Shown here piece by piece: positions 21,134 through 30,939 of a stretch of 64,000 nt of DNA. How positions within the stretch are numbered: position 1 is the first letter of the stretch; every line of letters begins with the position of its first letter. The translations under genes were made by a program, and so were the position numbers. Under the pieces are notes generated by a model. That model made no database searches. It was not told the DNA's origin and saw nothing but the letters and a program-made list of their open reading frames with translations. Origin of the DNA: Trueperaceae bacterium (GTDB lineage: Bacteria; Deinococcota; Deinococci; Deinococcales; Trueperaceae); contig OZ243927.1 of the NCBI GenBank assembly GCA_965213925.1, positions 3,296,001 through 3,360,000 on the forward strand. Reading direction: 5' to 3'.

Positions 21134-21431
21134 CAGGTTACTTCGTTCCGTAGGCTTCGCTTCGCGGAGATAGCTTCGCTTAATCAAAGTCTGTCTCACT
21201 AGCGTTCGGTTCACGAAGTCTCTGCGCAGCAGCGGTGGTCGCAAACGCTCTCACTATAAAAATACTGTGTAACATACACGTTCTGAGATGATAGCTGTGA
21301 TCCTTCCCTTAGACATAATGCGTAACTATCGAGCTAACGCAGTATATGTGAGTGCAAAGTGAGAGGAAGTCTAAGTTTTCTCTCACTTTCTCATTAAGTC
21401 TCTCATGGTCGGGGTGACTATAATCGCTTTT

Positions 21432-22109
21432 ATGGACCGCAAACCGCTCGTTCTTATCGTAGAGGACGAAAAAGACATCGCAAAATTTATCGACCTGGAG
21501 CTGCAAGCCGAGTCTTACGAGACCAACGTCACCTACGACGGGGTCACGGGCTTGTCCAAGTTCCGCGAACTCAACCCCGACCTCGTCGTATTGGACCTTA
21601 TGTTGCCCGTTTTGGACGGGCTTGAGGTGGCGCGCCGCATCCGCAAAACGAGCAATACCCCCATTATCATCCTGACCGCTAAGGATAGCGTGGACGATAA
21701 GGTCATGGGGCTCGACTCGGGCGCGGACGACTATTTAGTTAAGCCCTTCTCCATCGAGGAGCTTCTAGCCCGCGTGCGGGCGCATTTGCGCCGCGTCAAC
21801 CCAGCTGTCACGGGCGAGGTGCGCGTCGCGGACTTGGTGATGAACTTGGACGGGCGCGAGGTCTTCCGCGACGGACGCCGCATCGAGCTGTCCGCCAAAG
21901 AGTTCGAACTTTTAGAGCTTTTCGCCCGCAACCCCGGTAAGGTCTTTAACCGCTTCGAGATCGAGGAGAAGGTCTGGCCCGAGTACACGGGCGGCAGCAA
22001 CGTCGTGGACGTGTACGTCGGCTACTTGCGCCGTAAGTTGGAGGGCGAGGGCGAACGCCGCCTCATCCACACCGTGCGCGGCGTGGGCTACGTGTTGAGA
22101 GAAGAGTAG
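21432..22109 (+). CDS. OmpR-family response regulator (DrRRA-like)
   Basis: VEDE, DLMLP, LTAKD, KPF, TVRGVGY; ATG 7 nt after TATAAT. Confidence 0.93.
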   Translation: MDRKPLVLIVEDEKDIAKFIDLELQAESYETNVTYDGVTGLSKFRELNPDLVVLDLMLPVLDGLEVARRIRKTSNTPIIILTAKDSVDDKVMGLDSGADDYLVKPFSIEELLARVRAHLRRVNPAVTGEVRVADLVMNLDGREVFRDGRRIELSAKEFELLELFARNPGKVFNRFEIEEKVWPEYTGGSNVVDVYVGYLRRKLEGEGERRLIHTVRGVGYVLREE

Positions 22110-22410
22110 CCTCATATGAGCGCGTCGCTGCGACGCGCGGATAAGGCGGCGCCGGCGTGGTAAAAGTCGCTGGTGTAGTTAGAATGGTCACACTGTCGCC
22201 TCGCCGCGTCCATTACTTTCTATTCTCATACTAAGGCGATAGACTGCCCTTAGCGTTATACTGAGCGCCGCAAACATTTCATCTTTAGGTCAAAGTGAGT
22301 CAACCCGCGAGAAAATTATGGCATCAATCAATATCGGGCGTCGTGTACGCTCTCAACGTTCACGTGCGCACAACACCACGAGTAAAAGTGGGGACCTGGA
22401 GAACTCCCGC

Positions 22411-23862
22411 ATGTCCCTAAGAATCCGCCTCACCCTCTTCTTTACGCTCTTTCTGGCGTTCGTTTTGACGGTCGCCGCCGCCGTCGTCTACGGCTTTACG
22501 CAGCGCTCTATTCTGGAGTCGGTGGAGACGAGGGCGAATCAGACCTACCGCGACCTCTTCTCAAACGTTCAGGACAACTCCGACTCGCGCTTCTTGAGCG
22601 GCTGGGCGCAAGGATTGTCTAACGACGGTATCTACTACGTGACTGTGGGACAACCGACGAGCAAAGAGGACTTTCAGACGTTCTTTCAGTACGCTCGTCC
22701 GCGCGGTTATAATACGTTTGTGCCGGTGAACGCCGCGAATACGATTTCGAGCGAGCTGAGCAGCGCCGACTTCCGAACGCTCCTCGAGACCGGCTCGCTC
22801 GTGACGCGAATCAGTACGGAGGACGGAGACGAACTCTTGGTGCGCGCGGGCAGGGGCACCTTTCGGTTTGGCGAGCTGACCCTCGACGCCTCTGCACTCC
22901 TGATGGTGGGCTTGCCCGTGCCGACAGATACCTTAGCGCAACTTAGGCGCAACTTGGTCTACACGGTGCTCATCGCCTTCGTTATCTTTGCGCTCGGCGT
23001 CTATCTGCTCTCTTCGCGCGTGCTGTTGCCGCTTAAAAGGGTGACGACGGCGGCGTCTAGGGTCAGCTCTCAAGACCTCTCGCAGCGTGTACCCGTTCCT
23101 AAAAGCCGCGACGAGGTCGGCGAGCTGTCGGTGACGCTCAACCGGATGCTAGACAGGCTCCAGGAGTCCTTCGACACCCAGCGCCGCTTCACCGCCGACG
23201 CCAGTCACGAACTGCGCACGCCCGTGACCGTCATCGCCGGGCACGTCAACTACCTCTTGCGGCGCACGCAGCCGAGCCCGGAGCAGACCGAATCGCTCAC
23301 GACGGTGCGTAACGAAGCGACGCGCATGGCGAAACTCGTCAACGACCTTTTGGAACTCGCGCGGGCGGACGCAGGCTTCAAGGTCGAACGCGAACCTCTC
23401 AACCTCGTCGAAATCGCTGAGACCGTCCACCGAGAGGTTGCGCCCGTCGCTAAGGGCGCAGAGGTGTCCGTCCATTCGCCTCATCCCCTCATCGAAGTCG
23501 CGGGGGACGCGGCGCGGCTTAAACAAGTCGTACTCAACCTCGTACAGAACGCCCTTAACGCAGGCGCTAAACACATCACGATTTCGCTCTCCGAGGAGCA
23601 GGGGCGGGCGCGGCTCGAGGTCCTAGACGACGGTCCCGGCATCCCCAAAGACGCCATCCCCAACCTCTTCGACCGCTTCTACCGCGTTGACGGCGCGCGC
23701 TCCACGCGGGGCAACGGGAGCGGTCTGGGTTTAGCCATCGTCAAGTGGATCGTTAAAGAGCATGGCGGCGAAGTGACCGTGGAGTCGGGTTTGGGCGAAG
23801 GAACGGTCTTTACGGTAATGTTGCCGCTTCTGGAGCCTGCCGAGATGCACCGGGCGGCGTGA
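22411..23862 (+). CDS. HAMP-domain sensor histidine kinase
   Basis: Two TMs, HAMP, ADASHELRTP, NLVQNA, DDGPGI, FYRVD, GSGLGL. Confidence 0.93.
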   Translation: MSLRIRLTLFFTLFLAFVLTVAAAVVYGFTQRSILESVETRANQTYRDLFSNVQDNSDSRFLSGWAQGLSNDGIYYVTVGQPTSKEDFQTFFQYARPRGYNTFVPVNAANTISSELSSADFRTLLETGSLVTRISTEDGDELLVRAGRGTFRFGELTLDASALLMVGLPVPTDTLAQLRRNLVYTVLIAFVIFALGVYLLSSRVLLPLKRVTTAASRVSSQDLSQRVPVPKSRDEVGELSVTLNRMLDRLQESFDTQRRFTADASHELRTPVTVIAGHVNYLLRRTQPSPEQTESLTTVRNEATRMAKLVNDLLELARADAGFKVEREPLNLVEIAETVHREVAPVAKGAEVSVHSPHPLIEVAGDAARLKQVVLNLVQNALNAGAKHITISLSEEQGRARLEVLDDGPGIPKDAIPNLFDRFYRVDGARSTRGNGSGLGLAIVKWIVKEHGGEVTVESGLGEGTVFTVMLPLLEPAEMHRAA

Positions 23863-23877
23863 AGACAAGATGTGTTT

Positions 23878-24507
23878 TTACTCCCGGATGTAGACCTCTC
23901 CGTCACGTAGCACGATAAAGGGAAGTTTCTGCTCGAGAAAAAACGTAACGACCTCTTCATTGGCATTGGATTCTGGATGGTCTGACCTGTAGTGCGGCAC
24001 GACGCTGAAAGGGACCAGTCCTAGACCTTCCCAAACGACCTCTTTCCTATATCCCGCTGGCACGGTCTCGGGTTCGTCAACGAGATGAATCCCTCTCAGC
24101 GTGGGCGTCACGGCGCAAGCGCCCGCGCTGTAGCCTGCGTAGACGAAGGACCCGTCTTGCTCGAGCAGTATTTTGTCGAGCCCGCTCTCTTTTATGGCGC
24201 GTCCTTTTATGGCGCGTCTGAGGATAAAGGTGTTGCCGCCGACCACCCATAGGGCGTCGAGCTGGTTGACAACGTCGCGGAGGATGTCCGGGGCTCCAAA
24301 GTACCGCCTCAAATCGACCTCTTCGGGATGTAGTCCGAGGCTGCGTAGGTCGTCAAACTCACGCGCTCGCCCCTCGTCCAATCTCTTTACATCGTCGGAG
24401 TAGTCTAGCGCGTTACGAACTACGCCTATGCGCTTTTCTCCTGAAACGAGTCTTCCTAAACGTACCGCATCGTTACCGAGTCGGTATGAAGAGAGATAGA
24501 GCTTCAA
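23878..24507 (-). CDS. Peptidase E (S51)-like protein
   Basis: [30 protein letters not shown]. Confidence 0.85.
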   Translation of the reverse strand: MKLYLSSYRLGNDAVRLGRLVSGEKRIGVVRNALDYSDDVKRLDEGRAREFDDLRSLGLHPEEVDLRRYFGAPDILRDVVNQLDALWVVGGNTFILRRAIKGRAIKESGLDKILLEQDGSFVYAGYSAGACAVTPTLRGIHLVDEPETVPAGYRKEVVWEGLGLVPFSVVPHYRSDHPESNANEEVVTFFLEQKLPFIVLRDGEVYIRE

Positions 24508-24935
24508 TCCTCTTCCTCGTCGGGCGGACCCAGTGCCCCTTTCGCCTTGTAGGTCTGCATCTTCTCGCTCAGCTCCGAGGACAGCTCGCCGATGCGCCCC
24601 TCCATGCGCCCTTGCAGCGTGTCGAGTTCGCGGCGCAAGCGGATAATCTCCTCGACGCCTGCTAGGTTGACGCCCAGCTCCTGGGTGAGCCGCCGAATCT
24701 CGCGTAGGTGGGTGATGTCGCGCTGCGAGTAGAGGCGCGTTTTGCCGGACGAGCGGCTCGGCTCGATTAGGCCTTTGCGTTCGTAAAGACGCAAGGTCTG
24801 CGGGTGCATATCGACGAGTTCCGCCGCCACACTGATGACGTAGAGCGGTTTGTCTTGACTGACGCCAGACCTAACCTCTTGCTCGTTCGTTTCATCTACG
24901 CTGTTGTCATCCGCACTGTTCACGTCGTCACTCAT
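24504..24935 (-). CDS. hspR: Heat-shock repressor HspR (MerR family)
   Basis: [42 protein letters not shown]; downstream of dnaJ-family gene. Confidence 0.92.
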   Translation of the reverse strand: MSDDVNSADDNSVDETNEQEVRSGVSQDKPLYVISVAAELVDMHPQTLRLYERKGLIEPSRSSGKTRLYSQRDITHLREIRRLTQELGVNLAGVEEIIRLRRELDTLQGRMEGRIGELSSELSEKMQTYKAKGALGPPDEEED

Positions 24936-24968
24936 AGCGTCCTCTCTCACCCCAGACCCTTACCATCC

Positions 24969-25904
24969 TCAACTTAGCGCGCTGCGCACCCGCCGCCACA
25001 ACCCGGACCACACGCCGATGCGGAGCGTCGCGAGCAGGTCGTTGCCACCTAGCCCGCCGCCCGGCACGCGGATAAGTTGACCGTCGGTCGCGCCTGGCGG
25101 GACGGTCACGTCGACGCCTAAAAACTCCGTCGTCACGCCGCGCTCCGCTTCGAAGGGCGTGACCGAGAGGTCGGCGTGGAGCGTGCCGTTCTCCAAGCGG
25201 GCGTGGGGCGGCAAGGCGGCGCGGAGCGTCACAAAGGCGTCTCCTGGCGGGCGTCCCGGTCCGCCGAGTTCTTTGAGGCGCAGCTTGAGACCGTCTTTCG
25301 CCCCGGCAGGAATCTTCACCTCGACCTCCGCGCCGCCGCGCTGATAGCCGCGTCCGCCGCACACTTCACACATGCGTCCGCTGTTCAAGACGCCCTTGCC
25401 GTGGCACGTCGCGCAGACGCTGGGACCAGGGATGCGCACGCGCCGCACGCTGCCCTGCCGCAGTTCGGAAAGCTGCGCTTGTATCCCGACCTCTTTATTT
25501 TCACCCGGCAGCATCCCCGAGGTGCGCATCATCCCCGTCATCGCGCCGAAGAGCGCGTCAAACACGGCGTTGCCCGTGCGCGGCACGGCGTCGCGCTGGC
25601 TCCAATCGATATTGATATCCGCCTCTTGAAAAATCGTTTGCCAGTCCACCGTGTTAAAGTCGGGGCGGCTCGCCTGCGGGCGTGTGCTGCCGAAGCGGTC
25701 GTAGCGGGCCCTAGCCTCGGGGTCGCGGAGCGTCGCGTAAGCCTCGCTGATCTCCTTGAAGCGTTCTTCGGCGTCCTTGTCGCCTGGGTTGCGGTCGGGG
25801 TGGTACTCCAAAGCCAAGCGGCGGTACGCCGTCTTAATCTTGGTGGCGTCAGCGCTGCTCGTAAGCCCGAGTACCTCGTACGGATTGCGAAGCGTTTTAG
25901 TCAC
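24969..25904 (-). CDS. DnaJ-family co-chaperone with partial Zn finger
   Basis: J domain with HPD, two CxxCxGxG repeats, DnaJ C-terminal domain. Confidence 0.9.
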   Translation of the reverse strand: MTKTLRNPYEVLGLTSSADATKIKTAYRRLALEYHPDRNPGDKDAEERFKEISEAYATLRDPEARARYDRFGSTRPQASRPDFNTVDWQTIFQEADINIDWSQRDAVPRTGNAVFDALFGAMTGMMRTSGMLPGENKEVGIQAQLSELRQGSVRRVRIPGPSVCATCHGKGVLNSGRMCEVCGGRGYQRGGAEVEVKIPAGAKDGLKLRLKELGGPGRPPGDAFVTLRAALPPHARLENGTLHADLSVTPFEAERGVTTEFLGVDVTVPPGATDGQLIRVPGGGLGGNDLLATLRIGVWSGLWRRVRSALS

Positions 25905-25922
25905 TAAGTTTAATATACATTA

Positions 25923-25943
25923 TTTGAGTGTTATCGTGTCAAT
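25923..25943. promoter_or_regulatory. HAIR-like HspR operator overlapping a TTGACA box
   Basis: TTTGAGT-N7-TGTCAAT versus HAIR consensus CTTGAGT-N7-ACTCAAG, just upstream of dnaJ-hspR. Confidence 0.65.
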
Positions 25944-26131
25944 TTAGCTCGAGTCAACAGCGGTGACGTACGGGCGTAAACGTGACGATGCGTCGTGAGC
26001 AGACGGTCTTCAGCGTTGCCGTTCTACCGGCTACCAGTTCCTGATGACTTCAACGACTTTCTTCTGGCAACACCGCGCTCCCGCCTCACGCGCGCTATAC
26101 TCGAGCTACAAAACTCTCAGGAGGCTCAACC

Positions 26132-26485
26132 GTGCAAACCCTTCGCGTAACGAAAAAGAAACTCCTTCTCGCCTTGACGCTTCTACTCCTCGTCGGCGCA
26201 CTCGCAAGCTGCCGCAACGAGACCCAGAACCGCATCCGCCGCGACATCCAAGACTTTACGGGCGGACGTATGTTCATCACGCTCTACTCGCTCGACGGCA
26301 CGCCCATTTATAGCAGCACGGTGGACGGCAAGGTGACGCGCGCCTCGGGCTCGCTCGCGAACAGCAACGAGAACGCGGCGGGCAACTACATCTTCTGGTT
26401 CGACGAGACCGGGCAGTATCACCAGAGCGACTTGCCCTACCTCGTCACCTCGAATCAGCGAGACGCAGGGTCCGGAGAGCAGTGA
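26132..26485 (+). CDS. Lipoprotein, hypothetical
   Basis: GGAGG RBS, lipobox LASC. Confidence 0.75.
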   Translation: MQTLRVTKKKLLLALTLLLLVGALASCRNETQNRIRRDIQDFTGGRMFITLYSLDGTPIYSSTVDGKVTRASGSLANSNENAAGNYIFWFDETGQYHQSDLPYLVTSNQRDAGSGEQ

Positions 26486-26919
26486 ACTATCTTTGTCATG
26501 AATAAGAAGGGTGGACTAAAGATACTACACTGACGACTTTATTGTGACACCTTCTTATCTGGTATCGCCCGGTTCACAAGGTAAGACGAAGTCCCTGTCG
26601 TCGTAGGTCGAAGTCTCTCCCTTCGGCAAGCTCAGGGCAAGCTCCACGCTCGTGTAGGGCTTAGAATGACGTGAATTGAGCTGACAAACGACGCTGGCGA
26701 CGAGAGGTCGTGATCGGCTCGATGCAAAGGTCCAAAGTCGATAAAAACCTCTTCATGAAACGCTTAGGCGCGGCTTAATGGAGGCTTGCTACACTGCCTT
26801 GTTAAGCCGCGCCTAATGGTGCGATACGTTGGAGTCGTTCATTTAGCCTCGAGCCACCCGCATAACCCTTTCGACCCGCATAACCCTCTCGCGGCGTCAC
26901 CATCAAGAGGAGATTATTC

Positions 26920-27432
26920 ATGAACCTTCGTTTTACCTTCTATTTCATCGCTTTGAGTGCACTCCTATCGGCGTGCACCATCTACGTCGCCCCAGACGGC
27001 ACGACGGTCAGCCCCGGCTTGGGCGGTCAAGAGTACGACATCATCACCGAGTTCGAGCCGGATAGGGGCGACGGCGCGAGCTACAGCATCGGCGACGACA
27101 TCAGCTTCCGCGTGCGCACCACCCGCGACGGCTACCTCACGCTGACCTCGCTCAACCCCGACGGCTCCATCGACGTGTTTGGGCGTAATATCTTCGTGAG
27201 AGGGGGCAGGACGAACCTCATCCCAGGCGTAGACAGCCGCGTGAGCTACGAAATCGGCGGACCGAGCGGCACCCATAGAGTCCGCGCCTCCTTCACGCCG
27301 CGCGAAACCGACACGGAGCGCGTCATTTATAGAGGACGTAGCGGCGAGGATGTCTGGACGCAGACCATCGAGAGCGACACTCGCAGCTACGACGTACGTG
27401 ACGTGGCGCAGACGCGCTTCTACGTCCGCTGA
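26920..27432 (+). CDS. DUF4384-like lipoprotein
   Basis: LSAC lipobox; YSIGDDISFRVRTTRDGYLTL..PDG. Confidence 0.75.
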   Translation: MNLRFTFYFIALSALLSACTIYVAPDGTTVSPGLGGQEYDIITEFEPDRGDGASYSIGDDISFRVRTTRDGYLTLTSLNPDGSIDVFGRNIFVRGGRTNLIPGVDSRVSYEIGGPSGTHRVRASFTPRETDTERVIYRGRSGEDVWTQTIESDTRSYDVRDVAQTRFYVR

Positions 27433-27526
27433 TTCAATTTGTGAACTTCGCGATACCGCTAAGTTTAGGCACATCTCAGACAAGGGTCACGCCGCCGCGC
27501 GTGCCTTTTGTCTATAGTGAGCTGTC

Positions 27527-28612
27527 ATGACCGCTGTCCTGCGCTTTTGCTGCGCCCTTTTGCTACTCAGTCTCGCCGACGCCCCGGTTTTCGCTCAGGT
27601 TTTTTCCGCGACGTATAGGCCTATCGCGGCGGACGTGCGCCTCGAGCGCGACCTCTTAGAACTCACGAATGCGGAGCGCAGGCGAGCGGGTCTACGTACG
27701 CTTTTGCCCGACGACGCCTTGGCGCTCGCCGCCCGCCACCACGCCCGAGAGATGGCGACCTTGAACTACTTCTCGCACAGCTCGCCTACGCCGAGTAGCG
27801 CGACCTTGAGGCAGCGCGTGGCGCAAGCGGGCTCGGCGGCGACGGGCATCGGCGAGAATTTAGCGCTGGTCGGATCGGAAGACGCAGCGCGGGCGAGCGT
27901 TCAAGGGTGGATGGAGAGCCCTGGACATAGGGAAAATTTGCTCAGGTCCGACTACACCCACGTCGGCTTCGGCACGGCGGAAGGTGCCGACGGGCGCGTT
28001 TTCGTTGCGCAGGTTCTGGCGGTGCAGCCCGCCGAAGTGCAGCGCGCGGAGGTGACCTCGAGGCTCCAAGAGAGCTATCTCATCGAGGTCGAACTCACGG
28101 TCGCCGAGACGAAAGAGATCGCGCTTTTTCACGGCACGACCTCCTTGCCCTCACAGGTCTTGGGCGCGGGCAAGCACGTTTTGAGCTTCTTTGCGCAGGA
28201 CGCGCAGCCGCTCCAGTTGCGCGTCGGCGTACGCGAGCCCGGCGCGTCTGGCGGCTTTATCCAGCACGACGACGGTTGGCTGAGCGGGGACGGGCGCTGG
28301 CGCTCCTCGGGGAGTGCACCGCGCAGCCTCGCTAGGGTTGACCGGGTCTCGCGCCGCCTCCGGGTGAGCCGCGTGTACCGCGCCGACCTCACGTTCGTCA
28401 CGCAACCGGAGAATCCGGTCGGCGTCTGGCTCGCCGGAGAATACATCGAACCTGAAGTGAGGGGACGTACGCTCAGCGTGAGCATCCCGAGCACCTTGGG
28501 CGCGGCGACGCTCGACCTCGGGGAGCAGATGCCGGATGGACGCTACAGGTTGATTTACAAGTTGCAGCTCGAGGTTAGAAACGGCGTACCGAGGCTCGCG
28601 CCAGCGCCGTAA
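27527..28612 (+). CDS. Secreted CAP/SCP-domain protein
   Basis: LTNAERRRAGL, AARHHAREMA..YFSH, GENLA, WMESPGHRENLL. Confidence 0.9.
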   Translation: MTAVLRFCCALLLLSLADAPVFAQVFSATYRPIAADVRLERDLLELTNAERRRAGLRTLLPDDALALAARHHAREMATLNYFSHSSPTPSSATLRQRVAQAGSAATGIGENLALVGSEDAARASVQGWMESPGHRENLLRSDYTHVGFGTAEGADGRVFVAQVLAVQPAEVQRAEVTSRLQESYLIEVELTVAETKEIALFHGTTSLPSQVLGAGKHVLSFFAQDAQPLQLRVGVREPGASGGFIQHDDGWLSGDGRWRSSGSAPRSLARVDRVSRRLRVSRVYRADLTFVTQPENPVGVWLAGEYIEPEVRGRTLSVSIPSTLGAATLDLGEQMPDGRYRLIYKLQLEVRNGVPRLAPAP

Positions 28613-28731
28613 GGGTAGAGCGCTCGTCCTTGAAAGGACCGTAGAAGAGCGTGGCAAAGCTGGTTGTCGCGCTCTTCTATTTGGTAGTGAGTCAAGGTCA
28701 CGCGCCTAGTGAGCGGAATCTAACTCCCGCA

Positions 28732-28770
28732 AACAAGGGGTTGCAACCCCTTGTTTGCAACCCCTTGTTC
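28732..28770. repeat. REP-like palindrome with duplicated right arm
   Basis: AACAAGGGGTTGCAACCCCTTGTT followed by TGCAACCCCTTGTTC. Confidence 0.65.
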
Positions 28771-29048
28771 ATATTCAGTGAGCATGCCGGAGAAAGCCAC
28801 TACCCATTTCGCTAGCACAAAAAAGACGTCGCCATGTGCCCTTTGTCGCCTTTTGTTCACCGAAAAAAGCGCACTTGCCATTTTTTAGATCGTTTGAGGT
28901 AGAATGAGGCGATAGACAAGCGGTCTCGCACCTGCCATAATCGGTAGTGAGCCGTGTCTCAGTTAGCGCTAGCGCATCATTTTGCAACATTTAACGTAAT
29001 TGTAATACTTGACGTAGATCAGTGATGAGCGAGAGGGAGGAGTGCGTC

Positions 29049-29777
29049 TTGGCGGGTCACAGTAAATGGTCACAGATTAAGCGCAAAAAAGCGGCGAACG
29101 ACAAAGAGCGCAGCAAGACCATCAGCAAGCATATCCGCGCAATTCAGGCAGCGGTACGCGAAGGAGGCGGCGGCGACCCGAGCGCCAACTTGCCGCTCAA
29201 AAACGCGCTCTCGGCGGCAAAAACTGACGACGTTCCGCAAGACAACATCGAACGCGCTATCGAGCGCGCGCTAGGGGGCGCGGAAGGCGGCGGCTTCGAC
29301 GAGGTGATGTACGAGGGCTACGGACCTTCGGGGGTCGCGGTCCTTATCGAAGCGCTGACCGACAACCGCAACCGCACCGTCGCGGAGGTGCGCCACGCTT
29401 TCAGTAAGCATGAAGGCAACATGTCGGGCGCGACCGCGTGGCAGTTCGACGCCAAGGGCGTCGTCGTCGTGAGTGACACGAGCGAGCGGACCCAAGAACT
29501 CGCCATCGAGCTAGGCGCAGAGGACTTAGAGGTCGAGGAGGGCCTCCTTACCGTCTACACCGAGCCTACCGGACTTTACACCTTAGTCGAGGGATTTCAG
29601 GGGGCAGGCGTAGAACCCGAGGTGAGCCAACTGACTAAACTGCCGCAGACGACGACGCAAGTGAGCGACGAAGATGCGGCGAAGGTGATGCGGCTCTTAG
29701 AAGCGCTCGAAGAACTCGACGACGTACAAAATGTTTACAGCACCGCTGACCTTAGCAGCGTGAGCGAACTTGTTTAG
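29049..29777 (+). CDS. yebC: YebC/PmpR family protein
   Basis: [35 protein letters not shown] start after GGAGG. Confidence 0.95.
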   Translation: MAGHSKWSQIKRKKAANDKERSKTISKHIRAIQAAVREGGGGDPSANLPLKNALSAAKTDDVPQDNIERAIERALGGAEGGGFDEVMYEGYGPSGVAVLIEALTDNRNRTVAEVRHAFSKHEGNMSGATAWQFDAKGVVVVSDTSERTQELAIELGAEDLEVEEGLLTVYTEPTGLYTLVEGFQGAGVEPEVSQLTKLPQTTTQVSDEDAAKVMRLLEALEELDDVQNVYSTADLSSVSELV

Positions 29778-30542
29778 GTGGCTGATATGGCGATAGCGAA
29801 TAAGATGAGAGCAAACGAATCCGCGCAAGTACCTGCAAACATTCCCACCCTGAGTTGGAGCGAGTTGCAGAAGGTCAACGCCTCGCAGATGCAGCATATC
29901 TCGCTCTTAGCGACTGGAAAATACGGTCTCGACATGCGCACCCTGATGGAAGAGGCGGGCAGGAGCTTAGCGGAGCTAGCGGCGCACCTCACGCCGTCCG
30001 GTCCGTCACTCGTGGTGGCGGGGCGCGGCAACAACGGCGGCGCGGGGCTCGCGGCGGCGCGTTACTTAGCGGAGATGGGTCGCCCCGTCTGGGTCGTGCC
30101 GACGCACGAGGCGGAGAACTACTCGGGCGTGCCCAAAGAGCAGTTAGAGAAACTGAGCGAGTACAAGAACATCCGCGTGAAGAGCGGCTTGCCCAAGATG
30201 AAGTTTCAGTGCATCATCGACACTGCGGTGGGCATTCACCTAGAAGGTCCGCCGAGAGGTCGCACACTCGACGTCATCACGGTGCTTAACAGCATGAACA
30301 GTTGCCCCGTCATCTCGCTCGACGCGCCAACGGGTATGATCGTGGACGACGGCAGCGTCCCCGGTGACGTCGTTCAAGCCACCGCGACGTTGTCGCTCGT
30401 TCTGCCTAAAGCGGGCGTTAAGCCCGGCGGTCACGTCGGCGAACTTTACCTCGCTGGGCTCGGTCTGCCCCAAGACCTCTTTAACGACCTCGGTTTAGAG
30501 CCCTACGCGCCGCCTGCGCCGTGGGGGAGGATTTCGGAGTAG
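29778..30542 (+). CDS. NAD(P)H-hydrate epimerase (stand-alone YjeF_N)
   Basis: LMEEAG, GRGNNGGAG, SLDAPTG; start uncertain. Confidence 0.8.
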   Translation: MADMAIANKMRANESAQVPANIPTLSWSELQKVNASQMQHISLLATGKYGLDMRTLMEEAGRSLAELAAHLTPSGPSLVVAGRGNNGGAGLAAARYLAEMGRPVWVVPTHEAENYSGVPKEQLEKLSEYKNIRVKSGLPKMKFQCIIDTAVGIHLEGPPRGRTLDVITVLNSMNSCPVISLDAPTGMIVDDGSVPGDVVQATATLSLVLPKAGVKPGGHVGELYLAGLGLPQDLFNDLGLEPYAPPAPWGRISE

Positions 30543-30599
30543 GTCAAGTTCGAAGTAGAGGCTGAAAAGTTCGGATGAATTTAGGGAAAAATTTAGCAG

Positions 30600-30890
30600 A
30601 TGCCTAAACTCACCTGCAGATGTGGATTCGTCCATGACCTTACACCCATCCCTGACAAGGGATGGGTGACTTGTTTAGATAAAGAGTACGAGCGGTTGGT
30701 CGCTGCTGAAGTCTTGCGAGAAACTTCCGAAGAGCATGATTCACCGAGTGAACGTCTTATAGAGGCGGATCGCACCGTTATTGGGTTGCAAGGTCGCTTG
30801 TTCGAGTGCCCGAAGTGCGGACGACTTCTCTGGCAGAAACCAAACGAAACATCCTACCGTAGCTTTTCTCCCGAATCAGATTTGGATTAG
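30600..30890 (+). CDS. Small Zn-ribbon-like hypothetical protein, lower GC
   Basis: CRCG...ECPKCGRLLW. Confidence 0.6.
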   Translation: MPKLTCRCGFVHDLTPIPDKGWVTCLDKEYERLVAAEVLRETSEEHDSPSERLIEADRTVIGLQGRLFECPKCGRLLWQKPNETSYRSFSPESDLD

Positions 30891-30939
30891 ACAGCTTTAC
30901 CTGCTAAGCCTTTCCACCTCTCGCGCTATACTGCGTCTC

